Source of the DNA: Octopus vulgaris
Taxonomy: Eukaryota
Reading direction: 5' to 3'
NCBI GenBank assembly: GCA_951406725.2
Contig: OX597822.1
Coordinates: 99,696,001 to 99,760,000, forward strand
Length of the DNA stretch: 64,000 nucleotides
Under the pieces are notes generated by a model. The model worked only from the letters and a program-made list of their open reading frames with translations, had not been told where the DNA came from and did no database searches. Shown piece by piece: positions 38,167 to 50,588 of this stretch; within the stretch, counting starts at the first letter, position 1, and each line of letters starts with the position of its first letter. The position numbers and the translations under genes were made by a program.

Positions 38167-38202
38167 CTTTCTCTTGAAGAGCGTAGGCTTGAAACATGAA
38201 AG
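38167..38202 (+). ncRNA. Decayed hammerhead-like motif in a microsatellite-flanked short element (38105-38292)
   Basis: CTTT-CTCTTGA-A-GAGC-GTAG-GCTT-GAA-ACATG-AAAG. A truncated minus-strand copy at 44025-44124 retains AAACGTAAAAG, which supports an ancestral GAAACGTA. Confidence 0.45.
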
Positions 38203-38288
38203 ACTTTCTCACTTTCCTGAGCATCAAACTAATACACTTGCTTGTTGTTCATACACCTATCTTCATCTTTTGTTTTTCTGAAACTTTC

Positions 38289-38345
<57 letters not shown>

Positions 38346-38408
38346 CACACATACATACATGTATGGATATGTGTATATATGTATATACACATGTGTGTAT
38401 GTGTTTGT

Positions 38409-38457
<49 letters not shown>

Positions 38458-38462
<5 letters not shown>

Positions 38463-38537
38463 GGATGGCCTTAGATCACTTTACCCTTTTCTTTATTATT
38501 ATTAGAAATGGGTAAAGCAACTTATGGCCATCCCTTA
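38458..38537. mobile_element. ~80-bp Tc1-type MITE
   Basis: TACAGGGATGGCCTTAGATCACTTTACCC / GGGTAAAGCAACTTATGGCCATCCCT inverted ends. Confidence 0.65.
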
Positions 38538-39139
38538 TGGCCAAACACACACATATACACACACACACACATACATACACACACGCACACACAGATATTT
38601 ATATATAAGTGTGTGTGTGTGTGTTATATATGTGTTTGGCTGGGTTTATATGTATACATATATAGATGTATATGGTTTATATTCATATATATAAATATGT
38701 ATATTTAGATATTGAATATATGCATGAGAGAAAAGTTTAAGACCATTTGCCCATGGAAGCTTCTCTATGTTGCTGAGCTTTTCCTTATATTTGAATCTGT
38801 AGTAGAATCCGAAATGAAATTCCAGGCACGGAAGTAAATCCTGGAATCAAAGTGCTTTAGAATTTACTAAGCAAAGACAAAATTCTAGGAAGCAGGAAAA
38901 CAGACAACGCACAAATCTCATTAGGAAAATAACTCTGTTAATGATAAAGACACTAGCAGAAATTCTATACGGTGTAGTCAATGCAAACTGTGGACAAGTA
39001 AGAAATGGTATGGCATAGCAGGATAGCTAACAGAGAAAGTAGGCTTTGTGTGTGGCTGATGCACAGAAGCAATACACAGTAAGAGCACAAAGGAAATATA
39101 TTTTTTTTCAAATGCTCAAAAGGATCCTCAGAGGTAGTA

Positions 39140-39570
39140 GGCAGCTTTTGTTACCTAAGTAATGAACATGCTTCCCAATCACATGGTTCTGGGTTCAACC
39201 TAACTGCATGACACCTTGGGCAAGTGTTTTCAGAGCCTTGTGGGTGGATTTGGTAGGCAGAATCTGAAAGAAGCCCATTGTCATCATCGTCAATGTGTGT
39301 GTGTGTGTGTGTCTGTGTCTGTGTGTGTGTGTGCATATGTGTGTATTTTAGTGTCTGTTTTTGCCCACCACCACCACCACCACCACCACCACTTGACAAC
39401 TGGTGTTGGTGAGTTTATGTCCTTGTAACTTAGCAGTTCAACAAAAAAGACCAATACAATAAGTGGTAGGCTTTAAAAAATTAGTCTTAGGGACTATTTT
39501 TTTTTACTAAAACCCTTCAAGGTGGTGCTCCAGCATAGCCACAGTCAAATAACTGAAACAATTAGAGAAA
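39140..39570 (+). mobile_element. tRNA-derived SINE family A (old)
   Basis: Diverged match. Confidence 0.75.
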
Positions 39571-39574
39571 AATA

Positions 39575-40650
39575 AGGTATAGGAGGAATCAGACGTAGTG
39601 GAGGAGGTTGCTCTGAAAGCATGGTTGCTAGAATAATAATAGGATGGAGAAAGTTCAGAGAGCCATTATCTCGGTTGATAACAAAAAGCATCTCTCTCAG
39701 AGTTAAGCAGTATGATACAAACAACAATGCTGGATGATAGTAAATATGTGCAAATGAGAGAGAAGATTGCATTGGCAGATAGCATATGGAAGACAGAGAG
39801 AAGACTGCATTGGTGCAAGAGAGAGAAGATTGCATTGGTGATGCATATGGAGCAGAGAAGAAGTACTGCATTGGTGCAAGAGAGAAGATTGCATTGGTGA
39901 TGCATATGGAAAGACTGCATTGGTGCAGAGAAAGACTGCATATGGAACAGAGAGAGAAGAGAGAAGATTGCATTGGTGATGCATATGGAGCAGAGAGAAG
40001 ACTGCATTGGTGCAAGAGAGAGAAGATTGCATTGGTGATGCATATGGAGCAGAGAGAAGACTGCATTGGTGCAAGAGAGAAGATTGCATTGGTGATGCAT
40101 ATGGAACAGAGAGAAGACTGCATTGGTGCAAGAGAGAGAAGATTGCATTGGTGATGCATATGGAGCAGAGAGAAGACTGCATTGGTGCAAGAGAGAGAAG
40201 ATTGCATTGGTGATGCATATGGAACAGAGAGGAGACTGCATTGGTGCAAGAGAGAGAAGATTGCATTGGTGATGCATATGGAGCAGAGAGAAGACTGCAT
40301 TGGTGCAAGAGAGAAGATTGCATTGGTGATGCATATGGAGCAGAGAGAAGACTGCATTGGTGCAAGAGAGAGAAGATTGCATTGGTGATGCATATGGAGC
40401 AGAGAGAAGACTGCATTGGTGCAAGAGAGAAGATTGCATTGGTGATGCATATGGAACAGAGAGGAGACTGCATTGGTGCAAGAGAGAAGATTGCATTGGT
40501 AATGCATATGGAACAGCGGCATAAAGACAAAGCGCAAATGTGCTGAGAGAAACATTGGGTATAAGCGGAATCAGATGTAGCGTATCAGAAAGATGACTGC
40601 ACTGGTAATGCATACAGATGAAGATAGTTGTATAAAGAAGTACTGATAAC
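39575..40650 (+). mobile_element. Decayed RTE LINE C-terminal fragment, split by a minisatellite
   Basis: Left flank reads SGGGCSESMVARIIIGWRKFREPLSRLITKSISLRVK. Right flank reads RQSANVLRETLGISGIRCSVSER*LHW...DEDSCIKK, the RTE RLRW-GH region. Confidence 0.7.
39755..40515. repeat. Minisatellite, 57-59-bp dimeric unit, about 13 copies
   Basis: Alternating subunits GAGAGAAGATTGCATTGGTGATGCATATGGAGCA (34 bp) and GAGAGAAGACTGCATTGGTGCAA (23 bp, plus or minus GA). Confidence 0.95.
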
Positions 40651-41752
40651 CAGCTGTAAATGGAGTCTCTCAACAACCTCCAACAACCTCTCTCACCAAC
40701 CTCTGGCAATCTTTCTCACTAACCTCTGAAAGCCTTTCTCACCAACCTCCAACAATCTCTCCCTCTTCCAGCTGACAGTTTTTTGTACTTTTTCGCGATG
40801 GAAAATACACCTTTTCTGGCATTTACAACGAAATTACTTTTTTGTATCAGAGTAATAAGGCATTTAAATAGAACATCTTTACCCCTGAGAATTACCAAGT
40901 ACACCAGCTAGTGTATATATATATATATATATATGTTATATGTATACATATATATATAACAAAAATACAGATACAGAAAATCGCATCTTTAATTCACCAG
41001 GGAAAGCCAACATTGGTGCCTGATTGTTTGATAAATTCCTTTAAAACTGAGTGCTTTATGGATATCTGCCTGGATTTTTTAATTCCTTTTTTCCTTCGTC
41101 TTATAAATATATGTGTGTGTATGCATGCGCAATGGTCTTATTTTGGTTTCTATCTTTCAGATCTAAAAGTTTGTTGAGCCTGAGGCTATAGCAGAAAACA
41201 AACGGTGTCATACAATGGGATCAAAGCCCAAACCACATGGTTAAGAAGTGAACCTCTTAAGACCACAGCTGTTCATATATATATATATATATATGCATAC
41301 ATGTGTTGTAGGTTGTATGTGTTTGTGTGCACGTGTGTATACATGTGCTTGTGCATACACAGATTTTTTTACATGTGAGATATAAAAATACAGAATATAA
41401 CCACAATGGCGCAAATAGGTTTTAATTGGTAATTAATGAACTGTGTTCTAATAATATAATAAACTTACTTTATTGTATTTTTTATGCAATTTACATTTTA
41501 TTTCATTTCTTGTTTCCCCTGTTCACACATGTAAGTGTAACTAAGGAGATGTGTCAGTGCACACATGCATGTGTCTGTATTTCTATACATATCTGTGTGT
41601 GTTTATATGCGTATGTGTGAACACATTCATTCATGTATGTATGTGTGCATGCATCTGTGTATTTGTATGTGTTTGTAAATGTACATATATGTATAATTGT
41701 GTGTCGATAGGGTTGTGCACACGCATGTATCTTTTATCGTTTACTTGTATGA

Positions 41753-41797
<45 letters not shown>

Positions 41798-42078
41798 TGC
41801 ACATGTGTGTGGAGCCACTTGGCTTAGTGGATAGGGTAATGAACTCATTATCATAAGAGTGTGGTTTCAATTCCTGGACTGGGCAGTGTGTTGTGGCCAT
41901 GCTGGGGCAGTGCCATGAAGAATTCTAGTTGAAGAAATCAACCCCAGTACTTATTGATTTTAAGCCTGGTACTTATTCTATCAGTTTCTTTTGCTGAACC
42001 ACTAGGTTACAGATATGTAAACACATCAAAACCAATTGTCAAGTGGTGGTGGTGGACAAACACAGATACAAAGACCTA

Positions 42079-42112
<34 letters not shown>

Positions 42113-42201
42113 TATATATATGCAAGGGTAGAAGACACTTGCCTATATATATATATATATATATATATATGACAATATATATATATATATATATGACAAT
42201 A

Positions 42202-42605
42202 GGCGCAGGAGTGGCTGTGTGGTAAGTAGCTTGTTTACCAACCACATGGTTCCGGGTTCAGTCCCACTGCGTGGCACCTTGGGCAAGTGTCTTCTACTAT
42301 AGTCTCGGGCCGACCAATGCCTTGTGAGTGGATTTGGTAGACGGAAACTGAAAGAAGCCCGTCGTATATATGTATATATATATATGTGTGTGTGTGTTTG
42401 TGCGTCTGTGTTTGTCCCCGTAGCATTGCTTGACAACCGATGCTGGTGTGTTTATGTCCCCGTTACTTAGCGGTTCGGCAAAAGAGACCGGTAGAATAAG
42501 TACTGGGCTTACAAAAAGAATAAGTCCCGGGGTCGAGTTGCTCAATTAAAAGGCGGTGCTCCAGCATGGCCGCAGTCAAATAACTGAAACAAGTAAAGAG
42601 TAAGG
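42202..42605 (+). mobile_element. Young SINE family A nested in an older minus-strand copy (41893-42143 and 42740-42840)
   Basis: CpG-intact, full-length copy. Confidence 0.9.
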
Positions 42606-42612
42606 GTAAAGA

Positions 42613-42697
<85 letters not shown>

Positions 42698-42698
42698 A

Positions 42699-42743
<45 letters not shown>

Positions 42744-43928
42744 AGAGTAGAAGACACTTGCCCAAGGTGCCATGCAGTGGGATTGAACCTGGAACCATGT
42801 GGTTGGAAAGCAAGCTTCTTATTACACGGCCATATCTGCGAAATGTATTTGCACATATATGTGGTTGTAATTGTGCAAGTGCATATAGTTTTGTGTGCAT
42901 GTGTGTCTGTCTGTCTATGAACAAGTATGGGTTCTGTGTTTACGGGATGGAAATGGTGAAGAGTCTTGATGGTTCTTCAGCTAAGTAGTATAACCATTAA
43001 CTTAATCTCTCATTCTTCAAAAGTTACATTCTTAATAATATAGTTATTATAACAGGAACTAAACTGTTATTCAATTCTATGAATAAAATAAAGCATAGAT
43101 TTCTCTGAATACTGTATACGCTGAGATTCTAAATTTGAAAGCAAAAGTAGATGCAGGCCAGCATTGACAAAAACCTCAGAGTAATCCTCATGTAATCCTT
43201 AATAGCATGTCTTATCCTTATATCTTTTACTCTACATTTTACTATGCGGATTTTATTCACTGTGTGTATGTGTGTGTGTATGTGTGCGTGCATGCATGTG
43301 TGTGTGCACACACACATGCATGGTTCAAGAATTTGCTTGTAAATTGTGTGCTTTTGGGTTTAGTCACACGGCATGACATGGCACTTTGGGCAAGTGTCTT
43401 TTACTATAGACCTGGGCTGACCAAGGCCTTGTGTGTGGATTTGGTCAACAGAAACCGAATGAACTCCATTGTATGAATGTGTGTGCATGTGCATGTGTGT
43501 GTGTGTGTGAGAGAGAGAGTGGAGGTGCATGGCTTAGTGGTTAGGGTGTTGAACTCATAATCATAAGATTGTAGTTTCGATTCCTAGATAGGGCAATGTG
43601 CTGTGATTTGCATTTCACATGGTGCGTTCTAGATTTCACATGTTATGTTCTTCATTCCACATTAATCCAGTCCTCTCAACTGGCAAAAATGCTTAATCCT
43701 GTGATGGACAGGAAGTAAATATATACACCACAGAATCCAGGAAAACAGCCTTATGAGCCTATGGCACAGGAAGGACTTTTGATATATATATATATATATA
43801 TATATATACTTTATTATTAGACCTGCAAATACATCACATTGCAGCTTTAATGATAAAGCATACTACTCTACCTCCAGTATTTGAGTATTATTTTCCCCCA
43901 CCTTGTTTCATAGTTATGTGCTTACTCT

Positions 43929-44009
<81 letters not shown>

Positions 44010-44892
44010 AGAGAGAGAGAGAGAGTTGAAATTTATAGAAAAACAAAAGATGAAGACAGGTGTATGAGCTACAAGCAGGTGAATTAGTTTGATGCTTGGG
44101 AAAATGAAAAAGTCTTTTACGTTTACACACAAACACACACACAAAAAAAAAGAGAATATATATCTGTCATATATAAATTATATAAACTAGGAGAAAAATA
44201 CCAAGTGAACATTATTTCTCTGATAATTGAGTTTAATTGCAAATTTAAAGAAAAAGGAACATCAAAGTGAATATTAGTTTAGTACCTTAAAATTATGTAC
44301 AGGAATTTTAGTGACATTTTATTGATATAAAAACGTAGAACTCTATATGATAGATACATAACAAGTTCAAGACTATTGCCATATTTTTTCACATATAATG
44401 TGTGCTTGTGTATAACGGGCATCACAATGCTTTCATGAAAACCCATAACAGTTATCTCCAGTGTATTGCATGCACTACTTTTGCTTTTTTTTTGTAGTAT
44501 TATTATGATGTATAGAAATAGAAGTCTTTAATCAAAATTTATTATAATTGGTTTGTAAAATTCGTATAACTTCAGTCATTTTGATCGTAGCACACTAAAT
44601 TGATCACTGCACTAAAGAAAGAGTAAATTATGATAAAATATCATAAGTTTGTATATTTTGTTAACTTTTTTGATACCAGCTCTACGGAGACTACATTGGT
44701 TCGATGATACAAGCTTCCTGCTTTGAAGTGATCTAAATTAAAATTTTTTATCAAAATATTGTATCAATATTGTTCCAAACACCAGCTTAATGATATAGTT
44801 ATTTGACTAAATTTTGACTAAATTCTTAGCTATCTTCAAAATTAATTGTAACAAAAGCAATGTATTTCTACAAAAATATAGCAACAGTAGGA

Positions 44893-45127
44893 TTAACCCT
44901 TTCCTTACCAACCCAGCTGAAACTGGCTCTGGCTCTGGCTCTGAGTACAAATATCTTGTTTTTGTAAGTTTTGAATAAAAATCTTCCACCAAACCTTAGT
45001 CACAATTTATGTCCCTAACACTAGCTTAATGATAACTAAGTTATTTCACTAAATTCTTTGTTATATTTAAAATTAATTGCAAGAAACACAGAACATCACA
45101 AAATAAATGCAGTAACAAAAGGGTTAA
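44893..45127. mobile_element. piggyBac-type MITE, family 1 (inverted)
   Basis: TTAA-CCCTTT...AAAGGG-TTAA; reverse complement of 16428-16657. Confidence 0.85.
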
Positions 45128-45186
45128 AGTAACTTAAATTAAAACTGTCCATCAACATTTCATGCTTATCTGTTCCAAACACAAGC

Positions 45187-45415
45187 TTAACCCTTTAGCA
45201 TTCAGATTATTCTGTCAAATGTAAAGTTTATGTATTCACACCATGTAAAATTAATCCTGCATCATTTCATGGCCTTGAGATTTCAATGATGTGTTTTGTT
45301 TATTTTTAAAATGACACAATAAGATAGCTATAAATGATCATATCTGACTAGTTTGAACATAAGATAGGTAGAATGTTTTGACCGGATATGGCCGGTTTAA
45401 ACACTAAAGGGTTAA
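45187..45415. mobile_element. piggyBac-type MITE, family 2
   Basis: TTAA-CCCTTTAGCA...ACTAAAGGG-TTAA. Confidence 0.8.
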
Positions 45416-45493
45416 TAGTAGCAATTATTTTACTAAATTCTTCATTATTTGCAATATTTTATTGTAACAAAAACAGGCTCAGGAGTGGCCATA

Positions 45494-45658
45494 GGCACAG
45501 GAGTGGCTGTGTGGTAAGTAGCTTGTCTACCATCCACATGGTTCCGGGTTCAGTCCCACTGCATGGCACCTTGGGCAAGTGTCTTCTACTATAGCCTCGG
45601 GCCGACCAAAGCTTTGTGAGTGGATTTGGTAGACGGAAACTGAAAGAAGCCCGTTGTA

Positions 45659-45725
<67 letters not shown>

Positions 45726-45940
45726 TTGTGTGTCTGTGTTTGTCCCCTAGCATTGCTTGACAACCGATGCTGGTGTGTTTATGTCCCCCATTACTTAGCG
45801 TTTTGGCAAAAGAGACCAATAGAATAAGTACTGGGCTTACAAAAAGAATAAGTCACGGGGTCGAGTTGCTCGATTAAAGGTGGTGCTCCAGCATGGCCAC
45901 AGTTAAATGACTGAAACAAGTAAAAGAGTAAAAGAGAGAG
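45494..45940 (+). mobile_element. tRNA-derived SINE family A (young)
   Basis: Full-length copy inserted in a piggyBac MITE. Confidence 0.9.
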
Positions 45941-46435
45941 TGTATTTCTACAGAAATTTAGCAACAAAAGGGTTAAAGTAACCTAAATTGAAACCTTCCA
46001 TCAAAATTTTTACATTAATCTATTCCAAAGATAAGCTTAACAGTGACACAGTTACTTTACTAAATTCTTCATTATTCTCAGAATTAACCGAAACGAAGGT
46101 AGTATTTTTCGTTTAAAATATGGAAATGAAAGAGTAAATGTAATAAACCAAATCAAAAGTGATTTTGAAATTTACCTGAAGTAAAAGTGTGTCTGCTGTC
46201 AAGTCAACCTGTGCAATGTCATTCAGTAAGAAAGAATATAAAAGGCAAAACAGAATGCAAACAGTTCAATTGAAATAATTTCATGATCAGTTGCTCTTTG
46301 AACAGAAAGGTATATAGTGATGGTTCGTTATAATAATTACTTTTCCTTTTTTTCCTCTTCTTTTTTTTTTCAGTTTGCATTCACTTTTCGATAATGGTAC
46401 TATCTATGTATTATCCTTATTGATTATTTATTGAC

Positions 46436-46663
46436 TTAACCCTTTCGTTACTGTATTTATTTTGAGATGCTCTGTGTTTCTTTCAATTACTTTAAATATA
46501 ACAAAGAATTTAGTAAAATAACTTCGTTATCATTAAGCTAGTGTTAGGAACATAAATTGTGACTAAGGTTTCGTGGAAGGTTTTAATTCAAAACTTATGA
46601 AAACAAAACATTTGTACGCAGAGCCAGAGCCAGTTTCAGCCGGGTTGGTAACAAAAGGGTTAA
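46436..46663. mobile_element. piggyBac-type MITE, family 1
   Basis: TTAA-CCCTTTCGTTAC...GTAACAAAAGGG-TTAA. Confidence 0.85.
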
Positions 46664-47342
46664 TGTTCACATTAACCATTTTTGTTAAAATGTTTCTGTT
46701 GGAAAATACTTTGTTTCAATTATTTTTTGAAAATAATAAAGAATTTTGTAAAACAATTCATTATTATTAAGCTGTTGTTTGGAGCATAAATTTGCATAAA
46801 GGTTTTAATTTAGACCCCTTAGAATACAAGGATTAACAGTATAAACTTATAACACTCATATTCTAACCCTTCCACCAAAAGCAGCAGTCAAATGGTTAAT
46901 CTACAGATATTTTATCATGATCCACTCTTTCTTTGAGGAGCAATGAACAATTTATTGTATCACAGTCGACTGAGTTAAATAATATGGTCACTAGCATGGT
47001 ACCAGTAATTTAAGTACAACAGCTGTGTCTAAATGATTTAAAACATTTCTTTTTATGTATTTTGCAATTGTTGTTAACCCAAGTAAAGTCACGTTTGATA
47101 TTTCAAGAGTTCACCGTTCAGTAATCTCACAGAATGAAAAATACATTAAACCAAGATAACAATTAAAATAAAAACATTCTTTAAAAGGATAGACTTGAAA
47201 TCAGAGTGAATTTTCTTAATGTTTATTACATCATTGATTCAGACTTTAGATTTGTATTTTGAGCTTTGAACGCAGAAAAAGAGAAAATCATCATTAAGTA
47301 TTTTTGGAAAAATACATCTACCTAAAATATGTATATTGAATT

Positions 47343-47676
47343 CGTTACCACGTCGCCTTACTAGCACTTGTGCTGGTGGCATGTGAAACATTCGAGCGAG
47401 GTCGTCGCCAGTGCCACTGGACTGGCTCCTGTGCAGGTGGCACATAAAAAGCACCATCTGGGCGTGACCATTGCCAGTACCACCAAACTGGTCCTCGTGC
47501 CGGTAGCACATAAAAGCACCCACTACACTCTCAGAGTGGTTGGCGTTAGGAAGGGCATCCAGCTGTAGAAACTCTGCCCAGATTAGATTGGAGTCTGGTT
47601 CGCCAGACCTCAGTCAAATCATCCAACCCATTCTAGCATGGAAAGCAGACGTTAAATGATGATGATGATGATGATG
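47343..47676 (+). mobile_element. RTE-type 3' end, long variant
   Basis: Family tail with (GAT)n; TGAATTC at both ends. Confidence 0.8.
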
Positions 47677-47820
47677 AATTCATTAAAGCTTTTTGATACT
47701 GACTTGTCTGAGACTGACCCTGGCATATTGCCTTTGTTACTCGGGTAATTATGAACCATCACTATATACTTTCCTGTTCAAAGAGCAATTGATCACAAAA
47801 TTATTTCAACAGAAGTGCTT

Positions 47821-47979
47821 ACATTCATTATTTACATTCAACAGATATTTGTCTTCATCTTGCTTGTAGTTAACACAATGTTTCAGCTGTGTTAACAACA
47901 AGCAATGTGAGGACAAATATCATTGAATGTAAATAATGTAAATAATGCACATAATTCCTCATGTCTGAAATAAAATAAC
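47821..47979. mobile_element. Fold-back made of two inverted tails of the 2420-2680 element, core deleted
   Basis: ATTATTTACATTCAACAGATATTTGTC...GTTAACACAA and its reverse complement. Flanked by the direct repeat TGCTTACATTCA (47816-47827 and 47980-47991). Confidence 0.65.
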
Positions 47980-48476
47980 TGCTTACATTCAGTTTTGTCT
48001 TTTATATCCTTTCTTACTGAATGACATTGCACAGGTTGACTTGGGTATATTATACAACCTTCCTGTTTTGGAGTGATCTAAATTTAAATTTCTCATTAAA
48101 ATTGAATGCTAATTCATGTTCCAAACATCAGTTTAAGAATGGCAAAATTATTTTACCAAATTCTTCATTATTTTCAAAACTAAAGGTACATTTCAACGTA
48201 AATATCACTTCACATCTATAATTATCTATGTCAGTCTCATCAAGGTTCTCATCTACTCCTGGACTGCAACATAAAGCATCTTTCATCCTTCTGCCAGTGT
48301 TCCAGTCATGACCTTCACTAAATTGGGTTGTGTTATCTGCATATACTCCAAGAATATCAAGTGCAAATACTTCTGCACAGAATTTGATATTCCACCTGAT
48401 ATTGTCTGGGTGTGCTAATTAGATCAACCTAACAAGGTACCTCAGTTTAAGTACCTAATTCAACTAAATCTTAATC

Positions 48477-48528
<52 letters not shown>

Positions 48529-48543
48529 TATATATATACACAA

Positions 48544-48576
<33 letters not shown>

Positions 48577-48679
48577 AAGCTCAGCGAATGTGCTGGTTTG
48601 GTCTACCAATTTCTACCGAAATCCTGAATCTATAAAACAGCAAAGTGAATGCTTTTAGATGGCACACCTATAGTAAAGA

Positions 48680-48910
48680 GGCAAGCTGGTAGAAACGTTA
48701 GCACACCGGGCGAAATGCTTAGCGGTATTTCGTCGGCCGCTATGTTCTGAGTTCAAATTCCACCAAGGTCGACTTTGCCTTTCCTCCTTTCGAGGTCGAT
48801 TATTTAAGTACCAGTTACGCACTGGGGTTGATGTAATCGACTTAATCCCTTTGTCTGTCCTTGTTTGTCCCCTCTATGTTTAGCCCCTTGTGGGCAATAA
48901 AGAAATAAGA
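48680..48910 (+). mobile_element. SINE family B
   Basis: Full length, with TSD CAyCTATAGTAAAGA (48665-48679 and 48911-48925). Confidence 0.9.
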
Positions 48911-49728
48911 CATCTATAGTAAAGAACTTCTTCCAAGCTACATGTTTCTTCAAAGCAGAATTATAGAATGTGCACAAACCTATAAGGAAAAATATTCTTT
49001 TTGTCATCCCATTTTATATTAATTATTCTAATTCTGAACTTAGTTAATGCAAATACCTCTTAATTTTCCAATTATTTTTTTGTCTTAAATTTGCTTCCCA
49101 AACATATGTACTTGGGTTCAGCTACACTGCATGACTCCTTGGACAAATGTCTTCTGTTGTCTGCTCTGGGCAGACAATGCCTTGTAAGTGGATATGGTAA
49201 ATGAAAACTGAAAGAAGCCTATCATATATAAATATGTGTATGTACTTGCATTTGTTTCTCCCAAAACATTATTTTAATGATGGTGAAAATAAGAAAAATG
49301 AGTTACAGTGACAAAGTAGTTGATGGTAAGATATTTCTACAGTGGAATTGGTTACCTTGATTTAAGTACTTCACAAACACTTTTTCCCCCCATTTCTCAA
49401 GGCACAATTTAAAAGAATATAAATATTATTCACACACTATATTCATAAAGTCAATAAGCATATTAAAAAATAAGATATTTATGTATTTTTTTAGCTTACA
49501 AATATCAATAATTCATACTGTGGAAAAATTATTAAATTCCTCTTTATTCAAAAAATGAAACATATCAAGTTTTTATATTTAGAATTTCTGTAAAGATTTT
49601 TCACATTTTAAGATATATATTACTTTTGTGGTGCAAACATGACTGTACGGTTAAGAAACTGTAGGTTTTATTTCTATTAAAACCACTTTCATACCAGGAA
49701 TTTGTGTTATATATAAATATGAAACATA

Positions 49729-50128
49729 GGCGCAGGAGTGGCTGTGTGGTAAGTAGCTTGTTTACCAACCCCATGGTTCCGGGTTCAGTCCCACTGCGTG
49801 GCACCTTGGACAAGTGTCTTCTACTATAACCTCGGGCCGACCAAAACCTTGTGAGTGGATTTGGTAGACGGAAACTGAAAGAAGCCCGTCGTATATACGT
49901 GTATATATATGTGTTTGTGTGTATGTGTTTGTCCCCCTAGCATTGCTTGACAACCGATGCTGGTGTGTTTATGTCCCCGTTACTTAGCGGTTCGGCGAAA
50001 GAGACCGATAGAATAAGTACTGGGCTTACAAAAAGAATAAGTCACGGGGTCGAGTTGCTCGATTAAAGGTGGTGCTCCAGCATGGCCGCAGTCAAATGAC
50101 TGAAACAAGTATATAAAAAAAAAAAGAG
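49729..50128 (+). mobile_element. tRNA-derived SINE family A (young)
   Basis: Full-length match. Confidence 0.9.
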
Positions 50129-50237
50129 CATAGAACAGCATTGCATTGTCTACTCTGAGACAGTTGGGAGTAATAATAATATTGTTAGGTATAAAAATGC
50201 CTATATTAGCTTTATTTTAGTTATATACTTAAATATA

Positions 50238-50402
50238 CGTTCTGAGTTCAAATTCCGCCGAGGTTGACTTTGCCTTTCATCCTTTTGGGGTTGATAAATA
50301 AAGTACCAGTTTCGCACTGGGGTTGATGTAATCGACTTAATCCCTTTGTCTGTCCTTGTTTGTCCCCTCTATGTTTAGCCCCTTGTGGCAATAAAGAAAT
50401 AT
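50238..50402 (+). mobile_element. SINE family B, 5'-truncated
   Basis: Matches 48745-48910. Confidence 0.85.
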
Positions 50403-50548
50403 ATTTAACCAACCACTTCATGTAACCAGATAACCGAAGAAATGGCATTGTGGATTTCACAATTGTCACATATTAATTTACAGATAAATTTCCTCTATTT
50501 ACATAATATTGAGGTCTCTTCCTATCTTTTGTTATCTTACCGTTTTTA

Positions 50549-50588
<40 letters not shown>

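Noticed and set aside
39545-40709. Three long minus-strand ORFs (275-347 aa) and a CRISPR-like regular repeat
   Set aside because: The ORFs arise from a stop-free tandem unit in all frames. There are no unique spacers and no cas genes, and the context is eukaryotic.
50420-50552. Possible further hammerhead remnants (also ~35515-35550)
   Set aside because: The core is too degenerate or deleted to fold with confidence.
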